Source of the DNA: Anthoceros angustus
Taxonomy: Eukaryota; Plantae; Anthocerotophyta
DNA: 64,000 nucleotides
Assembly (NCBI GenBank): GCA_010909165.1
Contig: MU008178.1
Span: 322,369-386,368, forward strand
Direction: 5' to 3'
Both the position numbers and the translations under genes were made by a program. Positions 28,744 through 42,707 of this stretch are shown piece by piece. The notes under the pieces are model-generated. The model was not told where the DNA came from. It did no database searches and saw only the letters and a program-made list of their open reading frames with translations. Each line of letters starts with the position of its first letter. The first letter of the stretch is position 1.

Positions 28744-30629
28744 ATGTATTCCACTTGTTCTACTTTATATTTGTTTGATCCAATAGTCATTCATCAATGT
28801 GCATGTGATTATACAAACGATATTTCTTTTGTTTTCAATGGAGTGATTATGCATGTGGACGAACGATAATTCTTTGGTGAGTGTCCTGCTTTCGGATGGT
28901 ACAATCGTAGATTGCGTGAAGATAGAAGATCAATTAACGTTACAACATCCACTTTTTGAAGGACATGTTATACAAGTATGTATTTATATTCAAGTTACAA
29001 GTCATTCTTGTAATCAACAATATCTAGAACATTCAAGTATGGATATTAATATAGTTTTGTTTTGCGAAACCACCGGTTTCACTAAGACATAATTATGTGG
29101 AGTCCACAGATGTCAAACGTGCAATCCAAATTTATGAACAAGAAGTGGGTTCATGTCCAAAAGGTACCATTCCAATTCAAAGGTTCACTTACGAGCAAAT
29201 GAATAGAAGTATAGAAGTGAAGAGGAGAGCCAATAAGTCGCGAGGTGAAGAGGAGAGTCGACAATGGACGGAGGTCTCTCCTCATGTTGAAGATGATGGA
29301 TTTTTATTTGAGGTATACTATTCATGGTCCACATTCCATTTTGTTTACACTTAAGGGTATTTGCACCGATACTAATGAGGATAAATTTGCGGTGATACTA
29401 AATATGAATTGACTCGTATGTTTATGTGAGATACAGCCGTATACTCTGTACAACAACAAGACTACTTTTATGGAGTGCGGTGATTAGCATTTGGGATCCA
29501 GTTGTGAGAGGTCCAAATGATTTCTCAAGCTCATATATTCGTCTTGAAAGCCGGGAGACTATGGCGAATATAATGGTGTTGATATTGGATGGCATGTAAG
29601 TCAAAAGGGTATAGTATTTGTTTGTTTTTATAAGCGCAAATGATACATGTACTTATTTTTCTCGCTTGTTGCAATTGCAGAAATTTCCATTTTGTATTCA
29701 AATGACCCTCTACCTCGTTTGTACATTGGATATAAGGTTAGTTCATACACTCATGTGCGTTCCTATATTTAATTATATTATTTTGAAAATCAGTTGGGTT
29801 CCAAACAACAATCCTTTCATCTTATGTGCACCATGTACAACGGTGTTTTAACTTGTTTTCTGGGTTTGTGCAAACTAATCCGCATTTGTGTTCGGTGGTG
29901 CTTTCCTCACGATTATGAGGGACAACTATAAATGCTCGGATAAGCAAAGTAAGTATAACAATCTTTTATCAACAATTAGACAACAAAATGGACTTATTGA
30001 CTCTCCATACTCATTCTTAGTTTGGACAATGTGATCCGAGGATTCAAACACGGCTGATTTATGGTTGTTTATTAATGGACAAGCTTGGTTATTACATCAA
30101 TATTTGATGGCTTTCTTTCTCTTGAACTATTTAATCACCGGAATGGGAGGCAACCTTGGTATGACAAGTAAATATTCGCAAGTCATGTTGGGAAATGGGA
30201 GACTAGGGACAGATGCTCATGGTCCAAAGACAGTTGGTGGAGTGTACCGCCTATCAAAAACGGCTTGATGTATTTGATGAAGGATGACAAGAATAACATC
30301 GATTCCAAATTTCCTTGATAGAATAGTAATCCATTCAACTTATGAAGACAATTGGAATGGAAAATCATTCTATGTTCCAACTGTAAACAATATTCTTCCC
30401 GGTATCCGGTTTTTTTTGGTGAGTGGAGTGTACCGCCTATCAAAAACGGCTTGATGTATTTGATGAAGGATGACAAGAATAACATCTGATTCCAAATTTC
30501 CTTGATAGAATAGTAATCCATTCAACTTATGAAGACAATTGGAATGGAAAATCATTCTATGTTCATGTAAACAATATTCTTCACAGTATCCGGTTTTTTT
30601 TGGTGGGCGAGTGGTTCGAGATACCTTAG
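28744..30629 (+). CDS. Neprosin-like gene, copy 7 (with ~190 bp internal duplication in last exon)
   Basis: Same motifs. Segment ~30235-30420 is repeated at ~30421-30605. Confidence 0.8.
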
Positions 30630-33127
30630 TCTCAAATCTTCCTCTTATGAAGCTAGTGAAGATACGGATGCATTTATGGAAGAAGTGCTATGAGAGAGAA
30701 ACCCTTGAACCTTTGTCTATCTTTTATATTGTAGCAATGTCTTTTAAAATTTTTCGTTAACGCAGAACCGATATAGGATCGTGATTGTGATTCTAACGTC
30801 GTAACAATCCTTGTCCACATGTCATCCAGCAAATTTCTGATTTTGAAGAAACTCCTCTATACCCCACCGGCTTAGCCGCAAGGCCCAATGCGTGCGTTGG
30901 AGCCACAGTGGTAAGACAAACAATCCACACAACCTCCGCATTAAATCCGAACGGACTTCAACACCTAGTTGGTCCAAGTCACTCCCACGCAATTTATGGG
31001 AAGCGGTGTTAAGGATAGTTTTGAATGTCTAACAACAACCCATCACAAACCTCCCACCCGAACCCTTGCAGCAGATTTCAAGAGACTCGGGAAAATGAGT
31101 GTGATGCAAAGTTATGTCAACGATGCGGAGCTTGACAGAATCAATCACGTTCTTGAATGTCAAGGCCGGGACGGTGGGACCAAAGAACTAAGGATGGACT
31201 ATTTCACAAAGTTCAAAAACGTTGAAGTAAATATGGCGAAATAAACTTGGGCTCCAAATGAATCAAGGTCCCATGCTCGCAAGAGATGTGTCATGATTGC
31301 TTGGCCACCCTTTGTGCCCTTCACTAGATAGAAGGTTGACCTAAAGCAATTCTAGTCAAATTGTTTAGTCACAACGCTACCGGAGGAGTGGACCAGCGAT
31401 GGCGGATCGCAAAGGGTATCGTGCCACTCACCTTCACTATCTCGTCGAGAATGAGGAAGGTTGTAGGCAACCAACACACGTAAATGGAAAGCCTCGCACA
31501 AAACGACTTATCATACAACTAGGTAGAGCCGTATAATGTGATGACAAATGGGCACAATCACCTTAAAAGGGTCTCCTCTCAATGACCGCACGTAAAGGGA
31601 ATTTTTCATACCACGACCTTGCAACATAGCACATGCGTTAGATTGTTGCAAACTACATATGCTTTGTTGACTGGTAAATCCACCATCAAAGTAACATACC
31701 TCCAACGCCACATCCCAAAGACGCCTCCTGTGTGCACAGAAATACGACATTCTCCTCACAACTTCATGTGATTATGTAATGCCTTCCATTCATATAGTAA
31801 GAGCGTGTGTAATTGTATTACCTGGGAGCCATGTCAAACATCATATGCAATATGCCATCCACAAAGATGTTGCCGTCGTGCAACCAATCAAATTTCGGAT
31901 GATACGTTTAGATTTCTTCGCATCTTCTCTCCAACCACCTCATCCGCAAGGACCTCAAATTAAGATACCTTCGTCTCACTTGGTCCCCATTTCAAAAGGA
32001 GGAGTTTTGTGTCAATCCTCCTTTTGGTTTCTCGACCAGCCCGCTATCAACTTAGTTTTCTTCTTTCCTTCAAACTCCGTAAACTCAATTTAGTTAATTG
32101 TTAGCTCGCATCACCTCGGGATTGAGGCGGGTGCGGCATGAAAGGCGTTCTTAGGCAGCCGATTCGGTGTCTGAGGCGGCTAGGGCTGTCTCTTACCAAG
32201 ATGGTCATTAATCGGCGGATATTAGCTAGATAGTTCTATAATGAGGAGAAAGATTTAGGCAAATGTTTCGATGTGAGACGATTCCTATCACGAGTCTTTT
32301 AGATAGACTTGACCGATCCGCTATAATCTATCGTTGGATAATCGAAATGAGCAACTTTTGTGTCTAGTTTGTCGTTTTGCAAATAGGTTACAACTTTTCA
32401 CATCCCGTGAAAGATGGCTTGATTACGTGGTGCAAGTATGCGGTCAGACATGGTCATAGATACCACCAAACCTAATTGAAGAGATCACAAGATCTCAACG
32501 CAAATGGAGATCAATGTCATGAGTTTTCACCTTTCTTTTGCCTCCGGTTTGAGTGGATCATGCTACCGCTAATTGTATTTTTGATCCAACTTTGGAACTC
32601 CCACAATAGAGAACCTTGGGAAAGATGATTAATCAGAACAAAGGTGCGGAACAATTTGGGGTACATCAATATAGTTAGTTGTGATGGACTTGGATCATGT
32701 GATTGATAACCCTCATCCAATGATTTTTTTGTGTTTTAATATTATTTTAACATTATCGCTCCCAATTCCAAACCCAATTACGGCCAAAGAAAAAGAAGAT
32801 GGTCTTTTATGCAAACATATTGTACTCAATATTTAATTAAATATTAAATATATTTATTATCGAGAGTTTGGAATGGAGAAGGCTATATATATGTAGACTT
32901 GCAGGTCTTAAGTCCTCATCCTTTTCCAGTCTTTGGGGATAAGGTATATGATTATTTGTGATAGAAAATAGAATTGTCACCATGTTTGTTTGGTTACTTG
33001 TATGCTTGTTTAATGTGTCCATATTGTATCACAATGGAGTTGTGATGGCAAACATATTGAGTCTACCCCTTGGATGATGCCAACTTCCTCTTAACCAATT
33101 TTCAAAGGCCATTCCTCGAATCGCATA

Positions 33128-34830
33128 ATGTATTCCACTTGTTCTACTTTATATTTGTTTGATCCAATAGTCTGCTCATCAATGTGCATGTGATTATACA
33201 AACGATATTTCTTTTGTTTTCAATGGAGTGATTATGCATGTGATGACGATAATTCTTTGGTGAGTGTCCTGCTTTCGGATGGTACAATCGTAGATTGCGT
33301 GAAGATAGAAGATCAATTAACGTTACAACATCCACTTTTGAAGGACATGTTATACAAGTATGTATTTATATTCAAGTTACAAGTCATTCTTGTAATCAAC
33401 AATATCTAGAACATTCAAGTATGGATATTAATATAGTTTTGTTTTGCGAAACCACCGGTTTCACTAAGACATAATTATGTGGAGTCCACGAATGTCAAAC
33501 GTGCAATCCAAATTTATGAACAAGAAGTGGGTTCATGTCCAAAAGGTACCATTCCAATTCAAAGGTTCACTTACGAGCAAATGAATAGAAGTATAGAAGT
33601 GAAGAGGAGAGTCGACATAAGTCGCGAGGTGAAGAGGAGAGTCGACAATGGACGGAGGTCTCTCCTCATGTTGAAGATGATGGATTTTTATTTTGAGGTA
33701 TACTATTCATGGTCCACATTCCATTTTGTTTACACTTAAGGGTATTTGCACCGATACTAATGAGGATAAATTTGCAGTGATACTAAATATGAATTGACTC
33801 GTATGTTTATGTGAGATACAGGCCGTATACTGTACAACAACAAGACTACTTTTATGGAGTCGGTGATTAGCATTTGGGATCCAGTTGTGAGAGGTCCAAA
33901 TGATTTCTCAAGCTCATATATTCGTCTTGAAAGCAGGAGACTATGGCGAATATAATGGTGTTGATATTGGATGGCATGTAAGTCAAAAGGGTATAGTATT
34001 TGTTTGTTTTTATAAGCGCAAATGATACATGTACTTATTTTTCTCGCTTGTTGCAATTGCAGAAATTTCCATTTTGTATTCAAATGACCCTCTACCTCGT
34101 TTGTACATTGGATATAAGGTTAGTTCATACACTCATGTGCGTTCCTATATTTAATTATATTATTTTGAAAATCAGTTGGGTTCCAAACAACAATCCTTTC
34201 ATCTTATGTGCGTCCATGTACAACGGTGTTTTAACTTGTTTTTGCTGGGTTTGTGCAAACTAATCCGGCATTTGTGTTCGGTGGTGCTTTCCTCACGATT
34301 ATGAGGGACAACTATAAATGCTCGAGATAAGCAAAGTAAGTATAACAATCTTTTATCAACAATTAGACAACAAAATGGACTTATTGACTCTCCATACTCA
34401 TTCTTAGTTTGGACAATGTGATCCGATTCAAACACGGCTGATTTATGGTTGTTTATTAATGGACAAGCTTGGTTATTGGCGACATCAATATTTGATGGCT
34501 TTCTTTCTCTTGAACTATTTAATCACCGGAATGGGAGGCAACCTTGGTATGACAAGTAAATATTCGCAAGTCATGTTGGGAAATGGGAGACTAGGGATGA
34601 TGCTCATGGTCCAAAGACAGTTGGTGGAGTGTACCGCCTATCAAAAACGGCTTGATGTATTTGATGAAGGATGACAAGAATAACATCGATTCCAAATTTC
34701 CTTGATAGAATAGTAATCCATTCAACTTATGAAGACAATTGGAATGGAAAATCATTCTATGTTCAATCAGAAACAATATTCTTCCCGGTATCCGGTTTTT
34801 TTGGTGGGCGAGTGGTTCGAGATACCTTAG
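33128..34830 (+). CDS. Neprosin-like gene, copy 8
   Basis: Same motifs (ORFs 33479..33739, 34671..34961). Confidence 0.82.
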
Positions 34831-35092
34831 TCTCAAATCTTCCTCTTATGAAGCTAGTGAAGATACGGATGCATTTATGGAAGAAGTGCTATGAGAGAGA
34901 AACCCTTGAACCTTTGTCTATCTTTTATATTGTAGCAATGTCTTTTAAAATTTTTCGTTAACGCAGAACCGATATAGGATCGAGGATTGTGATTCTAACG
35001 TCGTAACAATCCTTGTCCACATGTCATCCAGCAAATTTCTGATTTTGAAGAAACTCCTCTATACCCCACCGGCTTAGCCCACGCAAGGCCCA

Positions 35093-35787
35093 ATGTGCGT
35101 TCCTATATTTAATTATATTATTTTGAAAATCAGTTGGGTTCCAAACAACAATCCTTTCATCTTATGTGCTCCATGTACAACGGGTGTTTTAACTTGTTTT
35201 GCGCTGGGTTTGTGCAAACTAATCCGCATTTGTGTTCGGTGGTGCTTTCCTCACGATTATGAGGGACAACTATAAATGCTCGGATAAGCAAAGTAAGTAT
35301 AACAATCTTTTATCAACAATTAGACAACAAAATGGACTTATTGACTCTCCATACTCATTCTTAGTTTGGACAATGTGATCCGAGATTCAAACACGGCTGA
35401 TTTATGGTTGTTTATTAATGGACAAGCGGTTGGTTATTGGCGACATCAATATTTGATGGCTTTCTTTCTCTTGAACTATTTAATCACGGAATGGGAGGCA
35501 ACCTTGGTATGACAAGTAAATATTCGCAAGTCATGTTGGGAAATGGGAGACTAGACGGATGCTCATGGTCCAAAGACAGTTGGTGGAGTGTACCGCCTAT
35601 CAAAAAGCTTGATGTATTTGATGAAGGATGACAAGAATAACATCGATTCCAAATTTCCTTGATAGAATAGTAATCCATTCAACTTATGAAGACAATTGGA
35701 ATGGAAAATCATTCTATGTTCCATTGTAAACAATATTCTTCACAGTATCTGGTTTTTTTGGTGGGCGAGTGGTTCGAGATACCTTAG
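35093..35787 (+). pseudogene. Duplicated 3' half of neprosin-like gene
   Basis: The sequence jumps back at 35093 (ccaatgtgcgttcctat) and repeats the GCFNL..GFVQTN exon and the last exon. Confidence 0.75.
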
Positions 35788-38275
35788 TCTCAAATCTTCC
35801 TCTTATGAAGCTAGTGAAGATACGGATGCATTTATGGAAGAAGTGCTATGAGAGAGAAACCCTTGAACCTTTGTCTATCTTTTATATTGTAGCAATGTCT
35901 TTTAAAATTTTTCGTTAACGCAGAACCGATATAGGATCGGGGATTGTGATTCTAACGTCGTAACAATCCTTGTCCACATGTCATCCAGCAAATTTCTGAT
36001 TTTGAAGAAACTCCTCTATACCCCACCGGCTTAGCCCACGCAAGGCCCAATGCGTGCGTTGGAGCCACGTAAGACAAACAATCCACACAACCTCCGCATT
36101 AAATCCGAGCGGACTTCAACACCTAGTTGGTCCAAGTCACTCCCACGCAATTTATGGGAAAGCGGTGTTAAGGATAGTTTTGAATGTCTAACAACAACCC
36201 ATCACAAACCTCCCCACCACCAACCCTTGCAGCAGATTTCAAGAGACTCCGGGGAAAATGAGTGTGATGCACCGAGTTATGTCAACGCATGAGCTTGACA
36301 GAATCAATCACGTTCTTGAATGTCAAGGCCGGACATGAGGCGGGACCAAAGAACTAAGGATGGACTATTTCACAAAGTTCAAAAACGTTGAAGTAAATAT
36401 GGCGAAATAAACTTGGGCTCCAAATGAATCAAGGTCCCATGCTCGCAAGAGATGTGTCATGCGGTTGCTTGGCCACCCTTTGTGCCCTTCACTAGATAGA
36501 AGGTTGACCTAAAGCAATTCTAGTCAAATTGTTTAGTCACAACGTTCGACGCAGAGGAGTGGACCAGCGTGAGATCGCAAAGGGTATCGTGCCACTCACC
36601 TTCACTATCTCGGTCGAGAATGAGGAAGGTTGTAGGCAACCAACACACGAAATGGAAAGGCACAAAAGCGACTTATCATACAACTAGGTAGAGCCCGTAT
36701 AATGTGATGACAAATGGGCACAATCACCTTAAAAGGGTCTCCTCTCAATGACCGCACGTAGGGAATTTTTCATACCACGACCTTGCAACATAGCACATGC
36801 TGCGTTAGATTGTTGCAAACTACATATGCTTTGTTGACTGGTAAATCCACCATCAAAGTAACATACCTCCAACGCCACATCCCAAAGACGCCTCCCTGTG
36901 TGTGCACAAATCGTGACATTCTCCTCACAACTTCATGTGATTATGTAATGCCTTCCATTCATATAGTAAGGCGTGTGTAATTGTTACTGGGAGCCATGTC
37001 AAACATCATATGCAATATGCCATCCACAAGCAGATGTTGCCGTCGTGCAACCAATCAAATTTCGATGATACGTTTAGATTTCTTCGCACATCTTCTCTCC
37101 AACCACCTCATCCGCAAGGACCTCAAATTAAGATACCTTCGTCTCACTTGGTCCCCATTTCAAAAGGAGGAGTTTTGTGTCAATCCTCCTTTTGGTTTCT
37201 CACCAGCCCGCTATCAACTTAGTTTCTTCTTTCCTTCAAACTCCGTAAACTCAATTTAGTTAATTGTTAGCTCGCATCACCTCGGGATTGAGGCTGGTGC
37301 GGCATGAAAGGCGTTCTTAGACGCGCATTCGATTACAGTAGGGCTCTCTCTTACCAAGATGGCTTAATCGGATATTAGCTAGATAGTTCTATAATGAGGA
37401 GAAAGATTTAGGCAAATGTTTGCGATGTGAGACGATTCCTATCACGGAGTCTTTTTAGATAGACTTGACCATCCGCTATAATCTATCAAAGTTGGATAAT
37501 CGAAATGAGCAACTTTTTGTGTCTAGTTTGTCGTTTTGCAAATAGGTTACAACTTTTCACATCCTGTGAAAGATGGCTTGATTACGTGGTGCAAGTATGC
37601 TAGACATGGTCATAGATACCACCAAACCTAATTGAAGAGATCACAAGATCTCAACGCAAATGGAGATCAATGTCATGAGTTTTCACCTTCGTCGGCCTTT
37701 GCCTCCAGCTTGAGTGGATCATGCTACCGCTAATTGTATTTTTGATCCAACTTTGGAACTCCACAATAGAGAACCTTGGGAAAGATGATTAATCAGAACA
37801 AAGGTGCTTAACAATTTGGGGTACATCAATATAGTTAGTTGTGATGGACTTGGATCATGTGATTGATAACCCTCATCCAATGATTTTTTTGTGTTTTAAT
37901 ATTATTTTAACATTATCGCTCCCAATTCCAAACCCAATTCGAAAAAGAAGATGGTCTTTTATGCAAACATATTGTACTCAATATTTAATTAAATATTAAA
38001 TATATTTATTATCGAGAGTTTGGAATGGAGAAGGCTATATATATGTAGACTTGCAGTCTTAAGTCCTCATCCTTTTCCGTCTGGGGATAAGGTATATGAT
38101 TATTTGTGATAGAAAATAGAATTGTCACCATGTTTGTTTGGTTACTTGTATGCTTGTTTAATGTGTCCATATTGTATCACAATGGAGTTGTGATGGCAAA
38201 CATATTGAGTCTACCCCTTGGATGATGCCAACTTCCTCTTAACCAATTTTCAAAGGCCATTCCTCGAATCGCATA

Positions 38276-39988
38276 ATGTATTCCACTTGTTCTACTTTAT
38301 ATTTGTTTGATCCAATAGTCATTCATCAATGTGCATGTGATTATACAAACGATATTTCTTTTGTTTTCAATGGAGTGATTATGCATGTGGACGACGATAA
38401 TTCTTTGGTGAGTGTCTGCGACTTTCGGATGGTACAATCGTAGATTGCGTGAAGATAGAAGATCAATTAACGTTACAACATCCACTTTTGAAGGACATGT
38501 TATACAAGTATGTATTTATATTCAAGTTACAAGTCATTCTTGTAATCAACAATATCTAGAACATTCAAGTATGGATATTAATATAGTTTTGTTTTTGCAG
38601 AAACCACCGGTTTCACTAAGACATAATTATGTGGAGTCCACGAATGTCAAACGTGCAATCCAAATTTATGAACAAGAAGTGGGTTCATGTCCAAAAGGTA
38701 CCATTCCAATTCAAAGGTTCACTTACGAGCAAATGAATAGAAGTATAGAAGTGAAGAGGAGAGTCGACATAAGTCGCGAGGTGAAGAGGAGAGTCGACAA
38801 TGGACGGAGGTCTCTCCTCATGTTGAAGATGATGGCTTTTATTTGAGGTATACTATTCATGGTCCACATTCCATTTTGTTTACACTTAAGGGTATTTGCA
38901 CCGATACTAATGAGGATAAATTTGCACGGTGATACTAAATATGAATTGACTCGTATGTTTATGTGAGATACGCGTATACTGTACAACAACAAGACTACTT
39001 TTATGGAGTGCGGTGATTAGCATTTGGGATCCAGTTGTGAGAGAGGTCCAAATGATTTCTCAAGCTCATATATTCGCCTTGAAAGCCGGAGACTATGGCG
39101 AATATAATGGTGTTGATATTGGATGGCATGTAAGTCAAAAGGGTATAGTATTTGTTTGTTTTTATAAGCGCAAATGATACATGTACTTATTTTTCTCGCT
39201 TGTTGCAATTGCAGAAATTTCCATTTTGTATTCAAATGACCTCTACCTCGTTTGTACATTGGATATAAGGTTAGTTCATACACTCATATGCGTTCCTATA
39301 TTTAATTATATTATTTTGAAAATCAGTTGGGTTCCAAACAACAATCCTTTCATCTTATGTGTACCATGTACAACGGGTGTTTTAACTTGTTTTTGCGCTG
39401 GGTTTGTGCAAACTAATCCGCATTTGTGTTCGTGGTGCTTTCCTCACGATTATGAGGGGACAACTATAAATGCTCGAGATAAGCAAAGTAAGTATAACAA
39501 TCTTTTATCAACAATTAGACAACAAAATGGACTTATTGACTCTCCATACTCATTCTTAGTTTGGACAATGTGATCCAGATTCAAACACGGCTGATTTATG
39601 GTTGTTTATTAATGGACAAGCTTGGTTATTGGCCGACATCAATATTTGATGGCTTTCTTTCTCTTGAACTATTTAATCACCGAATGGGAGGCAACCTTGG
39701 TATGACAAGTAAATATTAAGTCATGTTGGGAAATGGGAGACTAGGGACGGATGCTCATGGTCCAAGACAGTTGGTGACAGAGTGTCGCCTATCAAAAACG
39801 GCTTGATGTATTTGATGAAGGATGACAAGAATAACATGTTGATTCCAAATTTTCTTGATAGAATAGTAATCCATTCAACTTATGAAGACAATTGGAATGG
39901 AAAATCATTCTATGTTCCGACTGCTGTAAACAATATTCTTCCTGGTATCTGGTTTTTTTTTGGTGGGCGAGTGGTTTAGATACCTTAG
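38276..39988 (+). CDS. Neprosin-like gene, copy 9
   Basis: Same motifs. Canonical acceptor ttttgcag|aaacca is intact at 38598-38600. Confidence 0.82.
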
Positions 39989-41440
39989 TCTCAAATCTTC
40001 CTCTTATGAAGCTAGTGAAGATACGGATGCATTTATGGAAGAAGTGCTATGAGAGAGAAACCCTTGAACCTTTGTCTATCTTTTATATTGTAGCAATGTC
40101 TTTTAAAATTTTTCGTTAACGCAGAACCGATATAGGATCGATTGTGATTCTAACGTCGTTACAGTCCTTGTCCACATGTCATCCAGCAAATTTCTGATTT
40201 TGAAGAAACTCCTCTATACCCCACCCGGCTTAGCCCACGCAAGGCCCAATGCCGTGCGTTGGAGCCCATGAAGTGGTAAGACAAACAATCCACACAACGT
40301 ACCTCCGCATTAAATCCGGACGGACTTGAGCACCTAGGCGGTCCAAGTCACTCCCACGCAATTTATGGGAAAAGGTGTTAAGGATAGTTTTGAATGCCTA
40401 ACAACAACCCATCACAAACCTCCCCACCCGCCGAACCCTTGCAGCTGATTTCAAGAGACTCCAGGGAAAATGAGTGTGATGCACCGAGTTATGTCAACGA
40501 TGAGCTTGACAGAGAATCAATCACGTTCTTGAATGTCAAGGAGACGGTATGAGGACCAAAGAACTAAGGATGGACTATTTCACAAAGTTCAAAAACGTTG
40601 AAGTAAATATGGCGAAATAAACTTGGGCTCCAAATGAATCAAGGTCCCATGCTCAAGAGATGTGTCTATGATTCGCTTGGCCACCCTTTTGTGCCCTTCA
40701 CTAGATAGAAGGTTGACCTAAAGCAATTCTAGTCAAATTGTTTAGTCACAGCATTCGTTGATGAGTGGACCAGCGATGGCAGATCGCAAAGGGTATCAGC
40801 CACTCACCTTCACTATCTCGTCGAGAATGAGGAAGGTTGTAGGCAACCAACACAGAAATGGAAAGCCCGCACAAAAGCGACTTATCATACAACTAGGTAG
40901 AGCCCGTATAATGTGATGACAAATGGGCACAATCACCTTAAAAGGGTCTCCTCTCAATGACCGCACGTAAAGGGAATTTTTCATACCACGACCTTGCAAC
41001 ATAGCACATGCGTTAGATTGTTGCAAACTACATATGCTTTGTTGACCTGGTAAATCCACCATCAAAGTAACATACCTCCAACGCCACATCCCAAAGACGC
41101 CTCCCTGTGTGTGCACAAATACGTCTGACATTCTCCTCACAACTTCATGTGATTATGTAATGCCTTCCATTCATATAGTAAGGCGTGTGTAATTACGTTA
41201 GTGGAGCCATGTCAAACATCATATGCAATATGCCATCCACAGCAGATGTTGCCGTCGTGCAACCAATCAAATTCGGATGATACGTTTAGATTTCTTAGCA
41301 TCTTCTCTCCAACCACCTCATCCGCAAGGACCTCAAATTAAGATACCTTCGTCTCACTTGGTCCCCCATTTCAAAAGGAGGAGTTTTGTGTCAATCCTCC
41401 TTTTGGTTTCTCAGCTTGTGCCCGCTATCAACTTAGTTCT

Positions 41441-42707
41441 CACACAATTTACTAGTCCACCAGATGGACGTTAAAACAGCCTTTTTAAACGGTCCCCTGG
41501 ACGAGACCATCTTCATGACACTGCCAGAAGAATATGTGTTTGATCCAGACGTTGTGTGTGAACTACTGAAGTCATTAATGGGCTGAAAGAATCAGCTCGC
41601 ATATGGAACGGGCGAGCTGACAAGAAGCTTCAAGCTTTAGGTTTTGAACCTCTCACAGATTGCAGCGTGTATGTCTGCGTCGCAAACGGATTATGTATCA
41701 TTGCGCTGTATGTAGACGATAATTTCATATTCGCTAGCAGCCAGGAAATTCTCACACAAGTTAAAAAGGACTTAGCTGAAGAGTGGGATATGACTGATGT
41801 TGGTCCTCTACGTTTTGCTTTTGGAATCCAGTTCCATTTCAATCCAATTGATGCTTCAGTGACCCTGTATCAAGAGCACTTCACTAGACAAATTCTGAAC
41901 AAGTTTCAGCTACAAGATATCAATCCTGTTGCCACCCCTGTTGCTGCTGGAGAAAAGCTCTCAATAGCAGATTGCCCAACAACAGAGGCGGACAAATATA
42001 AAATGTCTCAAATACCTTATAGGGAGGTTGTCGGGAGTCTTCTATACCTTGCAAGATGGACACGTCCTGATATTTCTCTAGCAACAGGCGTTGTATCACG
42101 TTATTTATCAAACCCTGGCAAACGACACTGGATCGTTGTAAAGAGAATCCTACGCTATTTAAAGGGAACTAGGCATCTATGTCTCAGGTATACTAAAGCA
42201 CAAGACTTCACACTTACCGCTACACGGATGCGGTGCAGCGATGATGTGGATGGACGGAAGTCCATAGCTGCCTACTGCAATCTCCTTTGTGGATCTGCCA
42301 TAAGTTGGCAAAGCAAAAGCTTAGCACTATCAGCCTCTCATCTACGGAAGCAGAATACTTTATCCTTGGCAGCCCGCGAGATCAGCTGGATACGTCAATT
42401 CCTCACAGACATTAAAGTACCCCAGACTGGCCCTACGACATTACAATGTGACAACCAGTCGGCAATCGCGCTATCAGCTAATCCCATTCTACATGCCAGA
42501 TCAAAGCACATAGAAATTCAGTTTCACTATATCAGGCAAGCCGTTGAACATAAGATCATAGCTTTAATTTATGTGCCAACAGCCCAAAACGTGGCAGACC
42601 TGCTTACAAAAGGCCTAAGCAAGCAGCTCCATGAGCAGCATAGACTCTCCTTGGGTCTAACAGACGTTACTTATCTCAAGGCTGACGACAAACATGCAGC
42701 TGGGTAG
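41441..42707 (+). mobile_element. Ty1/copia pol fragment (reverse transcriptase + RNase H), 5'-truncated
   Basis: HQMDVKTAFLNGPLDETIFM (from ~41456); ALYVDD; YREVVGSLLYL; RWTRPDI; CDNQSAIAL..NPILHARSKHIEIQFHYIR; ADLLTKGL. Confidence 0.95.

Larger units (their letters stand above)
1..41437 (+). repeat. Head-to-tail tandem array of a ~4.2 kb unit (about 9 full units plus partial units), one neprosin-like gene per unit
   Basis: The marker tgatcc..gattcaaacacggctg recurs at 1, 4222, 8418, 12630, 17373, 21597, 25839, 30032, 34419, 35376 and 39571. Spacing is ~4190-4240 bp, except units with internal duplications (4743, 4387) and one 957 bp partial repeat. Confidence 0.97.

Noticed and set aside
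2923-39988. Calling all neprosin copies pseudogenes
   Set aside because: Each lesion is repaired in some other copy, and lesions sit at CG/CHG or homopolymer sites, so sequencing error cannot be excluded.
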